A model generated the notes under the pieces. That model was not told where the DNA came from and made no database searches. It saw only the letters and a list, made by a program, of their open reading frames with translations. A stretch of DNA of 10,100 nt from Gemmatimonadota bacterium (GTDB lineage Bacteria; Gemmatimonadota; Gemmatimonadetes; Gemmatimonadales; GWC2-71-9). Positions 1 through 6,822 of this stretch are shown in pieces. The position numbers and the translations under genes were made by a program. The stretch is from NCBI GenBank assembly GCA_039591655.1, contig JBDHDE010000076.1, forward strand, positions 1 through 10,100. The letters run 5' to 3'. Position 1 is the first letter of the stretch; each line of letters begins with the position of its first letter.

Positions 1-1
1 A

Positions 2-292
2 GCCAGGGCCCTCGAGGTGATCAACGCGTCCAGCGGACGGTCCAACGTGACCGAGAACCTGATACCCGAGCGGGTCGTGAGCCGGGCCTGGCTGCGCACG
101 TTCCGCCTTGCCCTACTGGACAAGGACATTGGGATCGCCCTCAAGGTGCTAGAGGACACCGGCGTGCCCAGCGACGCCATCGGGATGACCAAGCGGGTGT
201 TTGGCGAGGGCCGCAAGGCGCTCGGGGAAGAAGCGGATCACGTCGAGCTGATAAAGGGAATCGAGCGGGCGGCGGGGGTAGAGATTCGGTAG
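2..292 (+). CDS. NAD(P)-dependent oxidoreductase, 3-hydroxyisobutyrate dehydrogenase / beta-hydroxyacid dehydrogenase family, C-terminal part (5' truncated by window)
   Basis: The frame is open from the window edge (ARALEVINASSGRS...). It shows C-terminal helical-domain motifs of the family: 'EVINASSGRS', 'F.L.LL.KD.GIA', 'LG..ADH.E.I...E'. From memory it resembles the Thermus-type HIBADH C-terminus. Stop TAG at 290-292. Confidence 0.88.
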   Translation, partial: ARALEVINASSGRSNVTENLIPERVVSRAWLRTFRLALLDKDIGIALKVLEDTGVPSDAIGMTKRVFGEGRKALGEEADHVELIKGIERAAGVEIR

Positions 293-540
293 GGGTGACT
301 GTCAGCGGGGGGGCGCAGCGAGCGGGAGGGACCTGCTGGCGCTAACGTCAGCAGGTACGAAGCGAACGGGTGTGGCCCACTGAAGCGAACGTCAGTGCAG
401 CGCACCGGGACGGCCGGCCTGTACCTGGAGCGAGCCCGTTTGCGAGGGCGCTGACAACTCTGGGAAGCCCAGCCAACTGCAGTTCGTGGAGGTGGGTCAC
501 ACCCGTAAGCGACGGAATCGCGGAGACAGGTCTCCCCACG
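293..540. other. Structured intergenic element (candidate ncRNA or palindromic MITE/REP-like element)
   Basis: Nested inverted repeats: TGTCAGCG 300-307 / CGCTGACA 449-456; an 11-bp hairpin 331-341/346-356; GCGAACGGG 362-370 / CCCGTTTGC 435-443; CACTGA 378-383 / TCAGTG 392-397. There are also small hairpins at 460-472, 509-521 and 522-535. Confidence 0.5.
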
Positions 541-543
541 CTT

Positions 544-1092
544 CTAGAACTCGACCGTCGGCACCTCCCGTGCGCCCTCCTCGGCCTCGAAGTACTCCTG
601 GGGCCCGGCCCCTATCGCCTTGGCTGTGAGCACCTGGGGGAACCGCCGAATGTAGGCGTTGTACTCCCGCACGGCGTTGTTGTAGTCCTGCCGGGCGACG
701 GAGATGCGGTTCTCGGTGCCCTCCAGCTGGTCCTGGAGCATCCGGAAGTTCTCGTTTGACTGGATCTCCGGATTGTCCTCCGCCAGGGCGATGAGCCGGC
801 CGAGTGCCGACGTGAGGGTCTGGTTCGCCGCGGCCATCGCGGCCAGGTCGCCGCCCTCCACGGCCCCACCGAGTGCTGCCCGCGCCGACGTGACCTCTTC
901 GAAGATCGCCAGCTCCTGCTGGGCGAATCCCTTCACGGTGTTCACCAGGTTGGGCACCAGGTCGGCGCGCCGCTGCAGTACCACTTCGATCTGCGCCTTG
1001 TAGCCCTCGGTCTCTTCGTCGAGCGTCTGGATGCGGTTGTAGCCGCACCCCGTAAGGGCGGCCGCACAGATCAATACGAGTACACGCTTCAT
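544..1092 (-). CDS. lemA: LemA family protein (predicted lipoprotein)
   Basis: Lipobox LTGC followed by GYN. LemA motifs 'QRRADLVPNLVNTVKGFA', 'P....NENF..LQDQLEGTENRISVARQDYN.AV..YN..IR.FP' and 'VPTVEF'. SD GGGAG lies 8 nt before the ATG at 1092. Confidence 0.95.
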   Translation of the reverse strand: MKRVLVLICAAALTGCGYNRIQTLDEETEGYKAQIEVVLQRRADLVPNLVNTVKGFAQQELAIFEEVTSARAALGGAVEGGDLAAMAAANQTLTSALGRLIALAEDNPEIQSNENFRMLQDQLEGTENRISVARQDYNNAVREYNAYIRRFPQVLTAKAIGAGPQEYFEAEEGAREVPTVEF

Positions 1093-1106
1093 TTCATGGT
1101 CTCCCG

Positions 1107-1850
1107 CTACTTTGCGCTCGCGGCGCGGGTGGGCTCGAAGGCGTCGACGAATCGAACCAGCCGCTCCAGCTGCTCTACGTAGCGATCCCCGACGGGGTCG
1201 TAGGGACGGAGCGGCTGCACGTTGTGGCCGACGATCCTGTCCAGCACCCAGTCGAATGCCGTGGCATCCAGGCCCGCCACTTCGGCCACCTCGTGGACCA
1301 GGGCCTTCGGTGTCTGGGGTGGCTCGCGATCCGCGAGGCGGAGCGCGGCCCGGAACAGCACGAAGAAGGTGCCTGCGGAGTCCAGCAACAGCTCGCCCAG
1401 CGCCTTACCGTTGGGGGCTGCCGCCACGAACTCGGTGCGCAACCGCAGGAGCTTGCCCCGAATCTCCCGCTCCAGCTCACGGCGCAGGTCCTCCTTGGTC
1501 GTCGGCACCCAGCCGAAGGGGTCGCGACCCCTGACCAGCAGGTGCGCCTCCCGCATGTCCTGGATCTCGATGGGGAAGACGTCGGCGGAGCCCCGCCAGC
1601 CGTCCTCGGCGAAGATGAGCGGCGGTGGATTGCCCCGCTTGGTCCATGCGGCGATGGCGGCCTCGATGGGTCGCAGCGCCGCCGGTGCTGCGTCGCGTAC
1701 GATGAGCAGGGTGGTGGCCTCCCGATCCTCCTCACGGGTGTCGTGCCGCACCGCCGGCCCGTAGAGGCAGAACGCCACCAGGTTCTCGCCCAGCGCCTGC
1801 TCCAGCTGAGCACCGAGCTCGTCCACGATCAGTTTGATGTTCCTAGCCAT
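1107..1850 (-). CDS. Nucleotidyltransferase-fold protein (LemA/TPM-associated type) with degenerate catalytic motif, 247 aa
   Basis: The real start is most likely the ATG at 1850 (MARNIKLIVDEL...), overlapping the TPM stop as TAATG. The longer ORF-track start at 1988 only reads the Gly repeat out of frame. 'LGENLVAFCLYG' matches the pol-beta-like NTase first strand. It also has 'DVFPIEI.D' and 'LRRELEREIRGKLLRLR'. Confidence 0.75.
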   Translation of the reverse strand: MARNIKLIVDELGAQLEQALGENLVAFCLYGPAVRHDTREEDREATTLLIVRDAAPAALRPIEAAIAAWTKRGNPPPLIFAEDGWRGSADVFPIEIQDMREAHLLVRGRDPFGWVPTTKEDLRRELEREIRGKLLRLRTEFVAAAPNGKALGELLLDSAGTFFVLFRAALRLADREPPQTPKALVHEVAEVAGLDATAFDWVLDRIVGHNVQPLRPYDPVGDRYVEQLERLVRFVDAFEPTRAASAK

Positions 1851-2653
1851 TAGAAGCTCCCTCCAGCGCCGCCGCCGCCGAAGCCTCCGCCGCCGCCGAA
1901 ACCACCGAAGCCGCCGCCGCCGAAACCGCCGCCGCCCCAGCTGCCGCCGCCGCGTCCGCCACCCAACAGCATGCCCAGGAGAATCCACTTGGCCGAGCTG
2001 CTCCGGCCCAGGTAGCCGCGGCGGTGTCCATGGGCAGCCATGCCAAACACGGCCGGTAGGACGAAGACGAACAGTATCAGCAAGACGAGCAAGCCGACAA
2101 TACCGGGTCCGGTGGACTCCTCTTGCTGCGGTGCCCGGGCCGGCCGCTCACCGGTGAGCTCGAACCCGAACTCCTCCGCGTAGGCATCTGCCAGGAGCCA
2201 TACGCCGACCTCCAGCCCGGCGGCGTAGCTGCGGGAGTCCACCGCGGCGCGACCGATCCGATCACGAATGCGCCCCGCACGGGCGTCGGTGATGAACCCC
2301 TCGGCACCGGTGCCCGGTGCGATGAAGAGGTCGGCCTGGCCGTCGCCTGGCCGAGCGCCCGGTTTGAGCAGCAGGACGACGCCGGCGTTTCGCGCCCGGT
2401 CTCCCGGCCCCCCCCGGGCGCCGACGCCCCACTGCCGTCCGATCTCCACAGCTACCTGTACCGGTGCCCGGCCACCCAAGTCCCGCAGCGTGACGACGGC
2501 AATCTCGCCGCCGCACTTGGCGCGCACCTCCTCGATGACCGCAGTCATCCTGCGCTCGGTGTCGCTGCCGATGACGCCGGCGAAGTCGTTGACGAAGCCC
2601 ACGGGATCGGGGATCTGCAGCTGCAGGGCGATGGCGAGGAAGATGGCGATCAT
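1850..2653 (-). CDS. TPM domain (YgcG/TLP18.3/Psb32/MOLO-1) membrane protein with Gly-rich tail
   Basis: Motifs 'P.P.GFVNDFAGVI', 'EIAVVT', 'WGVG...NAGVVLLL' and 'G.GAEGFITDA.AGRI'. TM helix IVGLLVLLILFVFVLPAVF. C-terminus 'GGGGFGGFGGGGGFGGGGAGGSF'. The LemA neighbourhood is typical. Confidence 0.93.
   Translation of the reverse strand: MIAIFLAIALQLQIPDPVGFVNDFAGVIGSDTERRMTAVIEEVRAKCGGEIAVVTLRDLGGRAPVQVAVEIGRQWGVGARGGPGDRARNAGVVLLLKPGARPGDGQADLFIAPGTGAEGFITDARAGRIRDRIGRAAVDSRSYAAGLEVGVWLLADAYAEEFGFELTGERPARAPQQEESTGPGIVGLLVLLILFVFVLPAVFGMAAHGHRRGYLGRSSSAKWILLGMLLGGGRGGGSWGGGGFGGGGFGGFGGGGGFGGGGAGGSF
1853..1963 (-). repeat. Low-complexity (GGC)n / GGGGF-coding repeat within the TPM gene
   Basis: Repeated ccgccgccgaa units on the + strand encode the Gly/Phe tail. 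Confidence 0.85.
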
Positions 2654-2664
2654 GCTCGCTTAGA

Positions 2665-3639
2665 CTACATGCCGCGCAGCAGTACCCGCAACTGCCCCGG
2701 CGGGCCGCGCTGGTCCAGGCGGGTGAGCCCGGCCTCGCGGGCGATCTGCCCCGCTGCGGCGAACTCCTCGGCGTAGAGCGCGCGATTGATCTCGGCGTAG
2801 CGGTTGCGGCCCACCTTCCCCGCGGGGCGGTACTGATCCATCAGGTTGACGTAGGTGTTGGGGCTCAGCTCCCTGGCGATCCACTGGAGGATCGCCCGCG
2901 TCTCGTCCAGTTGGCCGGGCATGACCAGATGACGCAGCAGGATCCCCCGGCGGGCGAGCCCGTTTGAGTCGATCACGAGATTTCCCACCTGCCGGTGCAT
3001 TTCCCCGAGCGCGGCCCGGGCGGCCTCAGGGTAGTTCTCCGCCTTGAGATAGGTGCGGCTGCGCTCCACCGACCAGTACTTGAAGTCGGGCATGTAGATG
3101 TCCACCACACCGTCCAGCAAGGCGAGACTCTCGAGAGAGTCGTACGCGCTGGTGTTGTACACGATGGGCAGGGTCAGCCCCTGCTCCACGGCCACGGCGA
3201 GCGCCTCCAGCACCTGGGGCACTACGTGCTCGGGCGTGACGAAGTTGATGTTGTGGCACCCCGCCTGTTGCAGCGCGAGCATCGTCGCGGCGATCTCCTC
3301 TGGTGGCGAGCCGGGCTCGGCCGGACCCGGGCGGACCGCCTGGCTGATGTCGAAGTTCTGGCAGAAGACGCAGCGCAGGTTGCAGTGGGAGAAGAAGATC
3401 GTGCCGGAGCCGTTCCAGCCCCGCAGGCAGTCTTCCTCACCGAAGTGCGCGAAGGCGGAGCTCACCACCGCGTAGCGGCCGGTCTTGCAGGCGGCCCAGC
3501 GGTTCTCCAGGCGATTCACCGCGCAGTCGCGGGGGCAGGCGCGGCACTCGGCAAGCGAGGAGACCGCGCGCTGGGCACGGGCCGCCAGTTCACCCTGCGG
3601 AAGAGCGAGATACGCCGCCCGAAAGCCGTCGTGGGGCAT
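2665..3639 (-). CDS. Radical SAM Fe-S protein, PflX-like (COG1313, often annotated as pyruvate formate-lyase activating enzyme-like)
   Basis: CxxxCxxC motif in 'GSGTIFFSHCNLRCVFCQN'. N-terminal 'CRACPRDC...NR' and 'HFGEE.CL.G'. Further motifs 'GCHNINFVTPEHV', 'PIVYNTS.YD', 'VDIYMPDFKY', 'RHLVMPG' and 'N.MDQYRP'. SD GGAG lies 7 nt before the ATG. Confidence 0.92.
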   Translation of the reverse strand: MPHDGFRAAYLALPQGELAARAQRAVSSLAECRACPRDCAVNRLENRWAACKTGRYAVVSSAFAHFGEEDCLRGWNGSGTIFFSHCNLRCVFCQNFDISQAVRPGPAEPGSPPEEIAATMLALQQAGCHNINFVTPEHVVPQVLEALAVAVEQGLTLPIVYNTSAYDSLESLALLDGVVDIYMPDFKYWSVERSRTYLKAENYPEAARAALGEMHRQVGNLVIDSNGLARRGILLRHLVMPGQLDETRAILQWIARELSPNTYVNLMDQYRPAGKVGRNRYAEINRALYAEEFAAAGQIAREAGLTRLDQRGPPGQLRVLLRGM

Positions 3640-3682
3640 GAGTGCGCTCCGGAGCGGGATGGCCGCTCCAGGTATGATACCG
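3640..3682 (-). promoter_or_regulatory. Candidate internal promoter/operator and RBS-proximal hairpin upstream of the radical SAM gene
   Basis: Palindrome GGTAT-G-ATACC at 3671-3681 contains -10-like TATCAT (minus) and TATGAT (plus). The hairpin GGAGCGG-N5-CCGCTCC (3651-3669) lies just upstream of the SD. No -35 element is recognisable. Confidence 0.3.
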
Positions 3683-4735
3683 CTAGCGGCCCTCGGTTCG
3701 CTGCGGCTCCCCGGCCCGGATCACGAATCGGGACACCCCGCGCCGTCGCTGGTTCTCCTGCTCCACGCGGGCGGCCTCCTCCTGCCACGCGGTGCGCAGC
3801 GAGTCGTTGTGGGCGACGTTCTCCGGGATCGCGGTCGAGGGCCTCTGCAGCACGAAGCCGACCAGTCCTGCCAACGTCACGACGCCACCCACCACGATGC
3901 GCACGTCGCGATTGTCGCTGTCGCTGTCGAGCGCCGGTAGGATGAGAGCGGCCCCCATGACGGCGCTGGGCAGCAGGATCTTGAGGCTCCCTCCCGCAGA
4001 GCGCGCCTCCGGGAGGAACAGGGAATCCGGCGGGTGCGCCGGCGCCGAGAGGGTACGCAATGGCGCCGCTCGCCAGTCGATGGGCACCTGGACCGATCGA
4101 ATGGGGGTGCCGGGAGTCACCATCGACACCGCCTCGAGTCGGTACCGGCCCGCGGGGGGTGCGGCGCCGTTGGCGCCGATCCCGTCCCATGAGATCACGA
4201 GGCTATCGGCGATCGGCGCGTCGTGCAGCGTGCGGACCAGATCGCCTCCTGCACTGCGGATCGCGACCGTAACGTGGTGGCTCGAGGAGACCCACAGCCG
4301 GATCTGCCAGCGCTCGGAGCCCGCTACCATTGTCTGTTCCCGCGGCGACTCGACGGCGACGACCTTGGTGGTTCTGAGCACCTCGTCGAACGTGCGGGTC
4401 ACCCGCGGCGGGAACACCAACCGGTCCGGCCGGTACCGGGGGTCGAGCAGGGTCAGGGTGCGGAACACCTCGATCCCCTCATTCCTTCGGTCACGGAGCA
4501 CCTCGGTGGCGCCGAGATACATCAGGGCCTGTTGGCGCTGGGCGAGGGTGAGGGGAGGTTCGCCACCCGGTTCCAGGGCGCGACGCAGAATCCGAGCAGC
4601 AACGCCGAACTCCAGGTCCTGGTAGGCGCTGACGCCCTCGTCCAGGAGGGCGCTAGGGGTCTGCGCCGGTGCCGCCGTCGGCAGCATCAGGAGGCACGCG
4701 ACCGCGAAGAGGATTCCTAGTCGACCTTGGATCAC
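3683..4735 (-). CDS. Exported protein: signal peptide + TPR-like helices + FlgD-like Ig domain + hydrophobic hairpin (paralog of 6819-7880)
   Basis: The GTG start overlaps the kinase stop (GTGA, 4732-4735). Signal peptide ends APA|Q. TPR-like 'G...Y...EF..A...L.RAL' and 'AL.YLGA'. FlgD-Ig-like 'G.LVRTL...WDG...G...PAGRY.L'. Two hydrophobic segments lie near the C-terminus. Confidence 0.8.
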   Translation of the reverse strand: MIQGRLGILFAVACLLMLPTAAPAQTPSALLDEGVSAYQDLEFGVAARILRRALEPGGEPPLTLAQRQQALMYLGATEVLRDRRNEGIEVFRTLTLLDPRYRPDRLVFPPRVTRTFDEVLRTTKVVAVESPREQTMVAGSERWQIRLWVSSSHHVTVAIRSAGGDLVRTLHDAPIADSLVISWDGIGANGAAPPAGRYRLEAVSMVTPGTPIRSVQVPIDWRAAPLRTLSAPAHPPDSLFLPEARSAGGSLKILLPSAVMGAALILPALDSDSDNRDVRIVVGGVVTLAGLVGFVLQRPSTAIPENVAHNDSLRTAWQEEAARVEQENQRRRGVSRFVIRAGEPQRTEGR

Positions 4736-6141
4736 TGCGAGTCCCTGGCTTGTTGCTCGAGCTCGATGTTCGTCAGCCGTGTCTCTGCTCCGGGTGCGAC
4801 CTCGACCTCCTCCTCCCAGGGTAGGAACCCCTCTTGGACGATGCGGACGAGATGCCGGCCGGGTTGTACGGCGAGTCCCGCCTGGGGGGTCTCGCCTACG
4901 AGGCTATCGTTCAGGTAAACGTAACCCCAAGGGTTGGAGCTGACGAATAACAGCCCGGGCGTGGCCGGGACGGTAGTCGCGGCGGGATCGGCGGTGGCCG
5001 AGGACGGGGCGGCGCTGGGGCGAGTGATCCAGGTGATCCCCACGAGGCTGGCCATGACAACTGTTGTGGCACCGAGGGCGGCCCAGCGGCGCCATGGGCT
5101 CATGCCGCTGCCCTCTACCAGCTCCGTGGGCGCGCTGGCAACGGTGTCGCGGAGGTCCAGGTTCGTGGTGGTCACGAAAGCGGGGGTCGGACGCAGCCCC
5201 GTGCCTCCCAGCGTCTGCACGAACTCCAGGACGCTGTGGAACCGGTCGCCGGCGTGCTTGCTGAGCGCCCGGTTCAGAGCGTCGCCAACGGTGGGCGGCA
5301 GGTCGGAGCGGCGCTCGCCCACGGGGGGCGGCAACTCCAAGCAGTGCTTCCGCACGATCTCGCCCAGCGACTCCCCATAGAACGGAGGGGCGCCGAGCAG
5401 ACACTCGTAGGTGAGGATGGCTAGGGAGTACTGGTCCGAGCGGCCGTCCAGCGCCTGCCCGTAACACTGCTCCGTGGACATGTACGCCGGGGTGCCCAGA
5501 GTGCCGCCCGACTGGGTCAGGGGCACCGACCCGAATGCCTTGGCGATGCCGAAGTCGCAGACCGTCACCCAGCCCACCTCGTCGATGAGCACGTTCTCCG
5601 GCTTCACGTCGCGGTGCACGATGCCGCGCCGATGGGCGTGATCCAGCGCCCCGGCCACCGGCTCGATGATCTGCACCACGTCTTCCAGGCTCATGGGGCC
5701 GGTCTCGCACAGGACGTCCCGCAGCGAGCGCCCCTGCACGTACTTCATCGAGTACCACAGGAAGGTGCGGGTGGCGCCCACCCGATAGATCGGAACGATG
5801 TGGGGGTGGTCCAGCGACGCGGCGATCTTGGCCTCGCGCTTGAACCGGTCCACGGCATCGGGCCCCATGGTGAGCTGCAGCGGCAGGACCTTGATCGCCA
5901 CGGGACGATTGAGCTCCCGCTCCCGAGCCAGGTACACGATGGACATGCCGCCCCGGCCGAGCTCGCGCTCGACCTTGAAATCCTGCTCCAGCTCCTCCCG
6001 GATGCTGGCTTCCATGAGCGGCGAGAAGAGGTCTTCGCCCACTGCGATGGCAGTGATCGCTTCGCCGCACATCGGGCACGAGACCGTGTCCGGGTTGAGG
6101 CCTTTGCCGCATTTCGGGCAGAACGTCCAGGGCGTTGGCAT
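4732..6141 (-). CDS. Hanks-type Ser/Thr protein kinase with N-terminal zinc ribbon, single TM helix and C-terminal PEGA domain (kinase #2)
   Basis: CPKC-x10-CPMC at the N-terminus. Kinase motifs GRGGMSIVY, VAIK, HRDVKPEN, DFG, GTPAYMSTEQ and SDQYSL. TM WAALGATTVVMASLVGITWI. PEGA 'G.L.VSSNPWGYVYLND..VGETP....V.PGRH.VRI...GF.PWE..V.V.PG'. Confidence 0.95.
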   Translation of the reverse strand: MPTPWTFCPKCGKGLNPDTVSCPMCGEAITAIAVGEDLFSPLMEASIREELEQDFKVERELGRGGMSIVYLARERELNRPVAIKVLPLQLTMGPDAVDRFKREAKIAASLDHPHIVPIYRVGATRTFLWYSMKYVQGRSLRDVLCETGPMSLEDVVQIIEPVAGALDHAHRRGIVHRDVKPENVLIDEVGWVTVCDFGIAKAFGSVPLTQSGGTLGTPAYMSTEQCYGQALDGRSDQYSLAILTYECLLGAPPFYGESLGEIVRKHCLELPPPVGERRSDLPPTVGDALNRALSKHAGDRFHSVLEFVQTLGGTGLRPTPAFVTTTNLDLRDTVASAPTELVEGSGMSPWRRWAALGATTVVMASLVGITWITRPSAAPSSATADPAATTVPATPGLLFVSSNPWGYVYLNDSLVGETPQAGLAVQPGRHLVRIVQEGFLPWEEEVEVAPGAETRLTNIELEQQARDSQ

Positions 6142-6162
6142 CTCAGGCAGCCATCCTATCCG

Positions 6163-6822
6163 CTACCATGCTCTACCGAGTCCGAGGCTCACCATGAGTC
6201 CGTCGGTCACCTCGCGGCGGGCCCCATCACCCAACCGGTACAACTCGATGCGATAGCCGAGCTTGATCCACAGGGGCGGCCGTGGCAGCGCCACCACCAT
6301 TCCCACGTCGGCGCCCTCTCCGTAGTCCCAGTCCTCCTCGACATTGACGTCGTGGGCGACGACGCCCCACACCTCCGCGTACCCCTTTGCCAGGTCGGGG
6401 ATGATGAAGGCCTGCCCCCGGACCATGACCTCCCACAGCCTCCAGCGCTGGGTGCCGATGGAGGTCACGTAGGAGCGCAGGTGGGGCCCCGTGCCGACGC
6501 TGAGCCAACTTGTGGGGCGCACTGCCAGCATCAGTCGCAGGTCGGCGGATTCCCGCGTGAGCGTGCTGACCGTCGAGGGGTCCAGGTTGGCCTGGAGGTA
6601 ACGGACCTCGAGGCCCAGACGCCAAACGTCGGCCACGCCCTCGAACCCGATCATCGGCGCGCTCAACTCCTCGCTCCCACCCGGGAAGGTGCTGCTCACG
6701 TGCCATTGGCCGCTCGTCGCACCGAGAGCGAACCGCAGGGGGAGCTGCCCGGCGAGACCCGCCGGGAGGGCCAGCGCGAGCACCGCGGCCGCCACGCAGA
6801 CCAATCGGGCGCGCCGCTTCAT
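6163..6822 (-). CDS. Putative outer-membrane beta-barrel protein, 219 aa
   Basis: The probable start ATG at 6822 overlaps the upstream stop (ATGA, 6819-6822). Signal peptide MKRRARLVCVAAAVLALALPAGLAG|Q. Many amphipathic strands (LGLEVRYLQA, ADLRLMLAVRP, WLSVGTG, ADVGMVVAL, WIKLGYRIELY). The terminal strand GLMVSLGLGRAW ends in an aromatic residue. Confidence 0.72.
   Translation of the reverse strand: MKRRARLVCVAAAVLALALPAGLAGQLPLRFALGATSGQWHVSSTFPGGSEELSAPMIGFEGVADVWRLGLEVRYLQANLDPSTVSTLTRESADLRLMLAVRPTSWLSVGTGPHLRSYVTSIGTQRWRLWEVMVRGQAFIIPDLAKGYAEVWGVVAHDVNVEEDWDYGEGADVGMVVALPRPPLWIKLGYRIELYRLGDGARREVTDGLMVSLGLGRAW

Noticed and set aside
340..460. Integron attC site or CRISPR array interpretation of the spacer
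   Set aside because: There is no properly paired RYYYAAC...GTTRRRY core, no regularly spaced repeat-spacer units, and no integrase or cas gene.
348..759. ORFs 348..539 (-) and 370..759 (+) across the structured spacer
   Set aside because: Neither has a recognisable motif or RBS, and the longer one runs antisense into lemA.
1089..1097. Mini-ORF ATG-AAA-TGA overlapping the lemA start (and ATG-GCT-GCC-TGA before kinase #2)
   Set aside because: Too short to distinguish from chance. SD spacing favours the annotated lemA ATG.
1851..1988. N-terminal Arg-rich extension of ORF 1107..1988
   Set aside because: It is the out-of-frame reading of the TPM Gly-rich tail. The ATG at 1850 with a TAATG overlap is the better start.
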